This document shows positions 40,186 through 47,220 of a DNA stretch of 52,757 nucleotides, piece after piece. The first letter of the stretch is position 1. Every line of letters starts with the position of its first letter. The translations under genes and the position numbers were made by a program. Under the pieces are notes generated by a model. That model worked only from the letters and a program-made list of their open reading frames with translations. It was not told the DNA's origin and ran no database searches. Origin of the DNA: a virus (taxonomy: Duplodnaviria; Caudoviricetes); IMG/VR virus record IMGVR_UViG_3300013014_000040, positions 1 through 52,757 of that record, one strand, 5' to 3'.

Positions 40186-41337
40186 TTATTTATATTGTTT
40201 ACCTGTCGTCGCATTTATCAGTGTCAAATTGACATTTTTATCTTGTAAACGATTCTGAACAGCATCCAGGTTTGCTAGGCTGTCGTCCATGAATTTTATA
40301 TTAGTGTAACCTCTGTTTATTTGTTTCTCAATCCAATCAGCCTTCTTCTCAGGATCACTGCTTCCAGTACCAACTACATAAGTATTAATGCCGTATGAAT
40401 CACGTAAATGTTTCATGATAGGAAAGGCAATTCTACGCGCTGTTAGTATTGTTGTCTTAATAGACGGATTGGCTAATGACTTTTTAATTTGTTGAATATT
40501 CCTCATTATAGGAAGTGACTTCTTAATGATTTTATCGAAGTTAGAAAAGTCATATTTTTCGCCTGGCTTTAACTTATGTGTAGCAAATGCATGGCTATCT
40601 AATTCATATGTACTTCCATCCGGACGTTGAACGACTACAGACGATTGTGTCTTAACTAGTGTATCATCGAAATCATACACATGTAATGTTTTACCCTGCA
40701 CTTCATTAAGTCCTTTTACCTTCTGGTATCCAGATCCGTACGGAGATGATTTACCGGTATCAGTATATGTATCCGGGTCTAGATTTTCACGTTTCTTCTT
40801 GTTACCCCAGTTTGCAGCGCCTACCTTACGACATGCACTCAAAGCCAGAGAGCCGTACGCTGATGGCCATACATCATATCTAGCTTTTACTTTATGATAA
40901 CAAGCATCCTTTTCACCCTTAGCTTCAGTTTTAACATTGATAGCCTTTTTACCTGGCTTACCTTTACCGGAATACTTATCACGTTTTCTACGAACTGCGG
41001 ATTCTTTTTCTTTATCGGACATTGCAGATGCCTTTGATGCTGGTACACATTTTGGATACGCACGTTTACCGCCCGATCTAGAACCTGAATCTGCAGATGC
41101 ACCGCATGCGGGATGACCGCCACCTGGTTTAGTACGTGATATATCTACCCAACGTTGCTTAACCCATTTACGTAAATCTTCTTGTAATGGATCTGTTAAT
41201 ATACCTTCATGCATACGTAGAGCCGTTAAGTATTTTTTTAACGCAGTTTCATTGCCATCAGTGCAGCCGACTTTCTTTCCACTGTCCTTCTTATACACGC
41301 AATACTTATTATCTACTTTTCTATAGGTATATGGCAT
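40186..41337 (-). CDS. modular protein: Cys-containing basic modules (DUF5872-like) + C-terminal HAD-family phosphatase
   Basis: DLRKWVKQRWVD..CG..YPKCVP; DACYHKVKARYDVWPSAYGS; HAD motifs VYDFDDTL, ILTAR, K, FMDDS..NL. Confidence 0.75.
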   Translation of the reverse strand: MPYTYRKVDNKYCVYKKDSGKKVGCTDGNETALKKYLTALRMHEGILTDPLQEDLRKWVKQRWVDISRTKPGGGHPACGASADSGSRSGGKRAYPKCVPASKASAMSDKEKESAVRRKRDKYSGKGKPGKKAINVKTEAKGEKDACYHKVKARYDVWPSAYGSLALSACRKVGAANWGNKKKRENLDPDTYTDTGKSSPYGSGYQKVKGLNEVQGKTLHVYDFDDTLVKTQSSVVVQRPDGSTYELDSHAFATHKLKPGEKYDFSNFDKIIKKSLPIMRNIQQIKKSLANPSIKTTILTARRIAFPIMKHLRDSYGINTYVVGTGSSDPEKKADWIEKQINRGYTNIKFMDDSLANLDAVQNRLQDKNVNLTLINATTGKQYK

Positions 41338-41339
41338 AA

Positions 41340-42101
41340 TTAAAATTTTATTTTATCAAATATGTTTTTACGGTTAAGTACGAACGTATCCAGCTTCGTT
41401 TCAACCTTCATATCAATTGGCAGTTTCGCTAAATTCTTTTTTATAAATGCTTGATATAATCTACCACGGCGACTATCAAGGCTAGAAGTAGGGGTATCTG
41501 AGTTTACATTAGTATCAGATTTAGGTGCTATATATATTGTCTGAACTACACACGTGTATTCATCATCATTAATTGATATAACTAGTCCTTCTACACGATC
41601 TATATAATCTTTTATACATTCTATAACTGTAGACATTACACGATATTGTTCATTGAGATTAGTTTCCGGTTCTTCATGTGCAACATCTGTTGATATTGTA
41701 AATGATACATTAGTTCTTACTAATAGTACACCAGCTTCCGATTTACTTTTAGGCATATATGTATGGTCATGACCAGCGTTATCTAGTTGTGTTGCAAGAT
41801 TAATAATATAAAAGGCTTTTGGATTAACTTCTGATTGTGCTATATACTCAACCTTAATCCAACCAGTTTCTTTAATATTATGACGTCCCATTATATTTTG
41901 TGCGGAAAGTTTAATCTTTCTAACAGGGTCGGAAGCAGATCTCCACTTCAACGGCTTAGCAGTGCTTTCACCTACTTCGTTAATAGCTTCTTCGTCAATA
42001 GGAACACAGTTAGGTACTTGTCTATCGCCTTTCTTTTTCATACCGACCTGCTTATAGCCTTTCCAGCATTCTTCAGTCAATATGTTTTTAAGCTTAAGCA
42101 T
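41340..42101 (-). CDS. putative internal head protein (leader MLKLKNILTE; CWKGY..PNCVP module)
   Basis: 253 aa; leader, then a short Cys-pair module, then a RVMSTV...RGRLY domain. Confidence 0.75.
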   Translation of the reverse strand: MLKLKNILTEECWKGYKQVGMKKKGDRQVPNCVPIDEEAINEVGESTAKPLKWRSASDPVRKIKLSAQNIMGRHNIKETGWIKVEYIAQSEVNPKAFYIINLATQLDNAGHDHTYMPKSKSEAGVLLVRTNVSFTISTDVAHEEPETNLNEQYRVMSTVIECIKDYIDRVEGLVISINDDEYTCVVQTIYIAPKSDTNVNSDTPTSSLDSRRGRLYQAFIKKNLAKLPIDMKVETKLDTFVLNRKNIFDKIKF

Positions 42102-42148
42102 TTGGTTCCATCTTTACATCTGTTTTAGTGAGAGCCGATTAAGTTTTA

Positions 42149-43225
42149 TCATTGTATTAACTCGTATTTAATACCGTCACCTTTTGGTTCTGCAAATACA
42201 GTTGCATTTTCAAACAACATGAGCATTTTTTTAGCTTTTTTTAAATCTGTTTTTTCATAAGCATCAATACTCATATTTCTATCCTTGAATATGTCAATCA
42301 ATTCATCAAAGCTAACAGTATCAAGAATATCTAGAAAAGTTGATCGTTCAGTTTGATTTATTTCAATTCCAGCATCCGTATACTCATCTATCGGGGCATC
42401 AAGCTTATGACTGACTGATACAATACCCAATGTACCGGTACGTGCACTTAATCCTGCTGTAAGCTTAGCTATTTGTTTTATACCCGCGGGTATATTGCCA
42501 CTGAATGCAACAAACGATCCTAGCGTACCACCTATGAAATTTTTGTCATTTACATCTTCACCATTTAATGGGATAACTACTGTTTGCGCTTCGCTTTGCG
42601 TGCTGCCACCATAAAATCCTATCGTGCCACCAAAGAATGAAGCAACTTTAGGTATATGTTTCGACCACATAGCTTGACTACCTTGATATAGTATAGTGTC
42701 ACTTTCTAACACGCCGTATTTATATAAAAGAGTATCATATAAAAACGCACCAAAGCCGGCGCCTTTATATTCTTTGGCTATATTACTCCAATGAACTACT
42801 TGACCTTCCACGCCATATATGCGTTGCATACTATACTCACCTGTACTAGGAGTTGTTTCAATACGGCCTACATATACTGTTTCTGCAGGTCGTGATAAAT
42901 CAAATAGGTTATGCCAGAATCTATCATCAACTTTATTGCGTATAATATAATAGCTACCTTGACTGTCAAATGCATTGTCCTTGATAAAACCTCGCAGTCT
43001 ACCATCTAACGGGTTATTTTTAACCTCTGGTTTTGCTAACCAATATTCAGACCGGTTCCAAAACATCGATGTTGAATCTTTACCGTATAAGCGTTTAACT
43101 AAAGAATCAAATTTAGGATTCTCTGCTACAAAGTCATCCATTAGTTCAGCTGATGTGCTGTCATTTCCAGCGTCTCCTGACATTAGACTAATTTCCTTAA
43201 CGATATCTTTAAGCTTCATTGACAT
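42149..43225 (-). CDS. putative internal head protein with GNAT acetyltransferase-like domain (leader MKLKDIVKE)
   Basis: IAKEYKGAGFGAFLYD (motif A-like) ...LESDT....SQAMW. Confidence 0.65.
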   Translation of the reverse strand: MSMKLKDIVKEISLMSGDAGNDSTSAELMDDFVAENPKFDSLVKRLYGKDSTSMFWNRSEYWLAKPEVKNNPLDGRLRGFIKDNAFDSQGSYYIIRNKVDDRFWHNLFDLSRPAETVYVGRIETTPSTGEYSMQRIYGVEGQVVHWSNIAKEYKGAGFGAFLYDTLLYKYGVLESDTILYQGSQAMWSKHIPKVASFFGGTIGFYGGSTQSEAQTVVIPLNGEDVNDKNFIGGTLGSFVAFSGNIPAGIKQIAKLTAGLSARTGTLGIVSVSHKLDAPIDEYTDAGIEINQTERSTFLDILDTVSFDELIDIFKDRNMSIDAYEKTDLKKAKKMLMLFENATVFAEPKGDGIKYELIQ

Positions 43226-43226
43226 A

Positions 43227-43466
43227 TTACTTTTTTCTACCTAATGTAAACCCACCTGCAAATTTATCTAAACTAGTAGCACCTAATGCAACAATTACAA
43301 TCATCTCAACTGATGATATTAAATTTTCATCAGGCTTAATAGAGCAACGGCACGCTGTAGCTACCATAGTACCACATAGAAACAACATTCCAATCATAGC
43401 AATAATACGCTTGGTAGATTGTTGTCCTTCTTTATCTGCAAACAATTGTTTAAAAAAATCTTTCAT
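43227..43466 (-). CDS. holin-like two-TM small membrane protein
   Basis: 79 aa, two hydrophobic helices, STKR motif, basic C-terminus. Confidence 0.6.
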   Translation of the reverse strand: MKDFFKQLFADKEGQQSTKRIIAMIGMLFLCGTMVATACRCSIKPDENLISSVEMIVIVALGATSLDKFAGGFTLGRKK

Positions 43467-43479
43467 ACATATCCTTTAG

Positions 43480-43488
43480 AATAAATAT
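43480..43488 (-). promoter_or_regulatory. putative late promoter ATATTTATT
   Basis: Lies immediately after the terminator and upstream of ATG 43466. Confidence 0.65.
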
Positions 43489-43497
43489 CTAGCTAGT

Positions 43498-43522
43498 AAA
43501 AAAGCCACCCGGTTGGATGGCC
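43498..43522 (-). terminator. Rho-independent terminator
   Basis: Minus strand GGCCATCC-AACC-GGGTGGCT followed by a T-run; closes the leader-cassette array. Confidence 0.8.
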
Positions 43523-43570
43523 TTAATATATAGTCTGGGTGGCGTGTGTTTTTATAAGCGATTCAATTGT

Positions 43571-43822
43571 TTAATCAGCAGCATATTCATCATTTGCTTC
43601 TTGTTTCGCAGCATCAATAATATCAATAATGCAATATGCTAATCTATCCGCGGATTTATTGTCTAAGTTTACACCTATCGACTGTAACTCCTTTTCTAAT
43701 GCGGCTACGGCAGCTTTAACTTCTCCTTCTAGTCTAGGAGTAATGGCATTTAAAATAGCTCCTTCATGAAGGGCTTTACTAACCTCTTCACGGATAATTT
43801 GTTTTAGTTGTTTTGAATTCAT
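43571..43822 (-). CDS. leader-tagged cassette gene A (MNSKQLKQIIREEVSKALHE...)
   Basis: Start reassigned to ATG 43822 (AAGGA RBS, repeated leader). Confidence 0.75.
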   Translation of the reverse strand: MNSKQLKQIIREEVSKALHEGAILNAITPRLEGEVKAAVAALEKELQSIGVNLDNKSADRLAYCIIDIIDAAKQEANDEYAAD

Positions 43823-43824
43823 TT
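43776..43824. repeat. leader repeat type 1, copy A
   Basis: 49 bp, 2 mismatches to 45339-45387. Confidence 0.9.
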
Positions 43825-43832
43825 TATTGTCC

Positions 43833-43883
43833 TTATATATGTATTTTTTCACGGATAATTTGTTTTAGTCGACTTGAGTTCAT
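43833..43883 (-). pseudogene. leader-only mini-ORF MNSSRLKQIIREKIHI* (empty or degenerate cassette)
   Basis: Degenerate type-1 leader copy with an immediate stop. Confidence 0.6.
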
Positions 43884-43886
43884 AAT

Positions 43887-44429
43887 TTATTTACCAATTC
43901 TAGGTTTAATATCAGAGGGGAGAGGTCCTGTCGATGTAATTTTAATATCATCATTCTTAAGAAATACTTTTTTAAGTAAATGTCGTTGTTTTGAATCTAA
44001 ATTATGTTTACGCGAAAAAAATTCTACATCAGTCGAAGTTGGGTTATCAACTGTCGAGCTTTTAAATCTTTTAATAAGTTGTTTATCGCTAGATGATAGA
44101 TAAGGTACAGTCACTGTATCTTTAATAAGCGATACTACAGCGCTTAAAGGACCTGTCATGGTAACTTCATCTTCCATGTTTCCAGCAGCTAACTCTTTAG
44201 CATCTCTACGTCCCGCTTTTTTGTAGATTTGTGTTAAGATATCTTCAACCTCATTACGTGCATTTTCATCTTTTGGGTTTGATATACGTACGTCCATCGC
44301 TACTTTTAATTTGTTTATAAGAATACTACTGATAGTAACACTCTTACCGTCAATACTGATGGTTTCAGCTTCTTTCAATACGTTCCAAATCTCTTCACGT
44401 ATAATTTGTTGTAGTTGTTTTGAATTCAT
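43887..44429 (-). CDS. leader-tagged cassette gene B (MNSKQLQQIIREEIWNVLKEA...)
   Basis: Start reassigned to ATG 44429, which removes the overlap with 44440..44649. Confidence 0.75.
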   Translation of the reverse strand: MNSKQLQQIIREEIWNVLKEAETISIDGKSVTISSILINKLKVAMDVRISNPKDENARNEVEDILTQIYKKAGRRDAKELAAGNMEDEVTMTGPLSAVVSLIKDTVTVPYLSSSDKQLIKRFKSSTVDNPTSTDVEFFSRKHNLDSKQRHLLKKVFLKNDDIKITSTGPLPSDIKPRIGK

Positions 44430-44431
44430 TT
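44368..44431. repeat. leader repeat type 1, copy B
   Basis: 64 bp, 3 mismatches to 45324-45387; identity ends at the LKEA codons. Confidence 0.95.
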
Positions 44432-44439
44432 CATTATCT

Positions 44440-44649
44440 TTACAATTCATGATAACCAGCATTAGCCTGGTTGATGTAAACTTCTGCTTGAGAAATATGG
44501 CCTTGTATCCAAGCCGGAAGATTCTTTTCCGTCTTACCAACCTTTTGTGAAAGTTCTACAGCTGAACGTGCAATTACCAACAATTGTTGTTGAACCATTT
44601 TAACTTCATGGTCTTCGTCTGCTTCTTTGAGTAAGTTTTTTAGTTTCAT
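44440..44649 (-). CDS. leader-tagged cassette gene C (MKLKNLLKEA; DHEV.M...LPAWIQ motif)
   Basis: 69-aa ORF. Confidence 0.75.
   Translation of the reverse strand: MKLKNLLKEADEDHEVKMVQQQLLVIARSAVELSQKVGKTEKNLPAWIQGHISQAEVYINQANAGYHEL
44621..44649. repeat. leader repeat type 2, copy C
   Basis: 29 bp, 1 mismatch to 44851-44879. Confidence 0.92.
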
Positions 44650-44879
44650 TTGCGTAAATCTATTTGTTTTAGCCGAGCTTGTATTTGAACTAACTCACGT
44701 TTTGATAGTATCAACCATTTTCTAATATCTTTATGTTCAATAAGTCTAGCTGCGTCATCAATAGATTGCATTAACTCATCAACTGATGAAACAACATTTA
44801 CTAACGCTTGATGTTGTTTTGGTTCTAAGTAAGTTGTTAACTGACCAGAAGCTTCTTTAAGTAAGTTTTTTAGTTTCAT
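44646..44879 (-). CDS. leader-tagged cassette gene D (MKLKNLLKEA...)
   Basis: 77-aa ORF, ATGA overlap with gene C. Confidence 0.75.
   Translation of the reverse strand: MKLKNLLKEASGQLTTYLEPKQHQALVNVVSSVDELMQSIDDAARLIEHKDIRKWLILSKRELVQIQARLKQIDLRK
44851..44879. repeat. leader repeat type 2, copy D
   Basis: GCTTCTTT(A/G)AGTAAGTTTTTTAGTTTCAT. Confidence 0.92.
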
Positions 44880-44881
44880 AA

Positions 44882-45385
44882 TTATACTTTAAACTTTTTA
44901 ACGACATCTGCTAACTTGTTATAATGCTTAGCAACGAAAGCAGGATCTATTTCATAGACAGAATACCCAAAACTCGATAAAGCTTCGTTAACATCCGTTA
45001 GAGCTTTTGCAAGCTTTTTATCTTTAAGCATTTCAGCGCTATCATCATCACTACATATAGCAAAAAGTGTATCTGTGTTATCGGATAAAAGATCTAAAAC
45101 CTTTTTGAAGTCTGCGTTGTCACCTGTTTTATAAAATTTAGAGAAGTCCAATAAGAATTTTGCAAGATACTCAATACCTTTAAACTTTTTAAAGCCTGAT
45201 ATAGTTTCGCCTTCATAGTCTTCATAGTCATCATCCAATACAGAAGCTGTTAGTGGAGTTGTTACTAGTTTAAGTATCTGGTCAAATTTGTTAAAGTCTA
45301 AATCTTTTAACGGCGTTGACGATGCTTCTTTCAATACGTTACTAACCTCTTCACGTATAATTTGTTGTAGTTGTTTTGAATTCAT
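44882..45385 (-). CDS. leader-tagged cassette gene E (MNSKQLQQIIREEVSNVLKEA...)
   Basis: 167-aa ORF, AAGGA RBS, late motif upstream. Confidence 0.8.
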   Translation of the reverse strand: MNSKQLQQIIREEVSNVLKEASSTPLKDLDFNKFDQILKLVTTPLTASVLDDDYEDYEGETISGFKKFKGIEYLAKFLLDFSKFYKTGDNADFKKVLDLLSDNTDTLFAICSDDDSAEMLKDKKLAKALTDVNEALSSFGYSVYEIDPAFVAKHYNKLADVVKKFKV

Positions 45386-45387
45386 TT
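45324..45387. repeat. leader repeat type 1, copy E
   Basis: 64 bp, near-identical to 44368-44431. Confidence 0.95.
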
Positions 45388-45414
45388 ATATAGTCCTTAT
45401 ATAATAATAACAAT

Positions 45415-45423
45415 AATAAATAT
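45415..45423 (-). promoter_or_regulatory. putative late promoter ATATTTATT heading the cassette array
   Basis: Repeated motif upstream of ATG 45385. Confidence 0.6.
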
Positions 45424-45429
45424 TATACA

Positions 45430-45690
45430 CTACCAATAACCACCAGGACATGATTCATTAGGCGACATGCATTTTGCTGTTACCGGACAATTACATCCCG
45501 AGAATACCGTACGGTCTTTTGCCCAAGCCTTAATACGGCTGCTACACGTATTACCGTCTCGTACTGGACATTGTAAACATATGGTAAGTCTAGCATCAGC
45601 TAATTGCCGTGTTTCCGAATCTAATGTACCTCGTTTAGATAACCATAGATTCCACCACCCTTCGGCAATATTACGCGGATTGATTTTCAT
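45430..45690 (-). CDS. Cys-rich putative Zn-binding protein (DUF6171-like)
   Basis: RLTICLQCP...C...GCNCP..AK......CP..YW. Confidence 0.72.
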   Translation of the reverse strand: MKINPRNIAEGWWNLWLSKRGTLDSETRQLADARLTICLQCPVRDGNTCSSRIKAWAKDRTVFSGCNCPVTAKCMSPNESCPGGYW

Positions 45691-45889
45691 CAGCGACTTC
45701 TACCGGTGCTTCAGATATATTAGCCAGCTTCTCCTTGAACTCTCTCACAGCCATGATAGCCGTATTACCATGCATGACCTGTTCAAGTGATACCAGTTGT
45801 TTAAGATTTGCAGTAAACCAACGTCCAAATTGTTTGGCTTCCATGCTATTGCGTTGCTCGATGAGCACTCCCATTAATGATTGTTTCAT
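45671..45889 (-). CDS. hypothetical protein
   Basis: 72-aa ORF. Confidence 0.65.
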   Translation of the reverse strand: MKQSLMGVLIEQRNSMEAKQFGRWFTANLKQLVSLEQVMHGNTAIMAVREFKEKLANISEAPVEVADENQSA

Positions 45890-45984
45890 AATTTATTTTA
45901 TTTGTTTTTGTTGCGGGTTAAATTATAGTATAGTCCTCGACACACCCGTCACTGCGTTCGGGTCTCGGACTGGCTCCGCCGGCC

Positions 45985-46152
45985 CTATATGCCATTTAAT
46001 ACAGCAATCAAGCTATCAAAGAATGCATAGGCACACCAACCGACCATAGCCCAGCCAAAGGCCGACCAACCAGGATTGCCAGCTCGGGTATGGCGTCGTG
46101 CTATTTGAGCATTAAATACTCCCAATACCAAAAATACTACTAACATAATCAT
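45985..46152 (-). CDS. small membrane protein (55 aa, not in ORF track)
   Basis: MIMLVVFLVLGVF...GWAMVGWCAYAFFDSLIAVLNGI*; promoter directly upstream. Confidence 0.6.
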   Translation of the reverse strand: MIMLVVFLVLGVFNAQIARRHTRAGNPGWSAFGWAMVGWCAYAFFDSLIAVLNGI

Positions 46153-46177
46153 AAGCGTTTTCTTTTTAAATGTTTAT

Positions 46178-46209
46178 ACAATATACCGAAAAAATCTTGT
46201 ATCGTCAAA
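46178..46209 (-). promoter_or_regulatory. putative host-RNAP promoter TTTG-N20-TATATTGT (also reads TTGACG-N17-TATATT)
   Basis: Intergenic; same spacing as the other copies. Confidence 0.55.
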
Positions 46210-46528
46210 ACTTTGTTCCATTTGCACTGCGACATAAATCTAACACCAGCATTGTTTCATGAACCTCAACCTTAACAGGATCGGCAAACCCAATTAGCAC
46301 ATATTCATGTGTCAAGCCATATCCTCGATTTACGCTCGCACACCACGTGCCCAAGCGCTTCTTACCGGTCTCCGAATTTAGTATCCATACATCGCCATCA
46401 TGACGACCCAGACGTGCAAATTGTGCTCTACCAGCGGCAGTCTCTGCAAGACATACGATCAGCGTATTGCTAGCTGGCATCCATTCCCATTGGGGGCTCG
46501 GCCAAGCATTAAGTGTTACGGTTTCCAT
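46205..46528 (-). CDS. paralog-array protein 5 (WxW...NxxTG family)
   Basis: WEWMPASNTLIV...VWILNSETGKKRL; start 46528 preferred over 46564. Confidence 0.7.
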   Translation of the reverse strand: METVTLNAWPSPQWEWMPASNTLIVCLAETAAGRAQFARLGRHDGDVWILNSETGKKRLGTWCASVNRGYGLTHEYVLIGFADPVKVEVHETMLVLDLCRSANGTKF

Positions 46529-46838
46529 GTTTATGATAATTTGCGCGTAGGATGTCATAGTCATCCCATACAGTTAATTTAACGACACGCCCTTTGGGGT
46601 TATTTGTACAAGGTACCCGGGCCATGAAAGCTACATAATGATTCAGCCATTGGGAGTATTTGTTAAAGCGAGCATGGTTACCGGTTGCTGGGTTATGGAC
46701 GCGTACGGTATGCGCATGCCAGGTATCACCTAGATCTGATACTATAGGAAACAATTCCCATCGGGTAATGTGAATGGTATCAGTTCTGGTTTCCCATATA
46801 AAGGTACCTGGATCTAATCTATAGCTTAACGTGGTCAT
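46509..46838 (-). CDS. paralog-array protein 4
   Basis: FIWETRTDTIHI...VRVHNPATGNHARF...KLTVWD. Confidence 0.75.
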   Translation of the reverse strand: MTTLSYRLDPGTFIWETRTDTIHITRWELFPIVSDLGDTWHAHTVRVHNPATGNHARFNKYSQWLNHYVAFMARVPCTNNPKGRVVKLTVWDDYDILRANYHKHGNRNT

Positions 46839-47220
46839 CGGCCCATTTTTTAGGTGTTATTAAATTAGGTGTATCAGGATGTATATAGCGCGCTCTGTAT
46901 TGAGCCCACCCTGTAGCATTATCCCATACTTGCAAGGTATATGCTTCATCCATAGTCTTAAAGGTTGCCATGGTGAGTCTTCCATCGGCGCCTACTACGC
47001 TGTGGTCATAATGAAATATCATCTTGCCATTAGTTACGCGATTGTGAAGGCATATGGCTTCACCATGACGTGCCATGCCATCTAGATTCATCGCTGTATT
47101 ATCCTGCAGGTCCAACAACGCATAACGAATGATGTGGATAACACCTATATCCGGGAACCATGCCCACACATGTGAGCCCGGATCAAGTATTCCTACGTGT
47201 CCTACTACTCCGCGCGTCAT
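46819..47220 (-). CDS. paralog-array protein 3
   Basis: WAWFPDIGVIHI...ICLHNRVTNGKMIF...TLQVWD. Confidence 0.75.
   Translation of the reverse strand: MTRGVVGHVGILDPGSHVWAWFPDIGVIHIIRYALLDLQDNTAMNLDGMARHGEAICLHNRVTNGKMIFHYDHSVVGADGRLTMATFKTMDEAYTLQVWDNATGWAQYRARYIHPDTPNLITPKKWADDHVKL

Noticed and set aside
44430-44540. N-terminal extension of ORF 43887..44540 (and the 43823..43852 extension of ORF 43571)
   Set aside because: The extensions overlap another gene or the mini-ORF; the repeated leader defines starts at 44429 and 43822.
43776-45387. Direct repeats as a CRISPR array or integron attC sites
   Set aside because: The repeats are in-frame coding leaders, non-palindromic, irregularly spaced by whole genes; no cas or integrase gene in the window.
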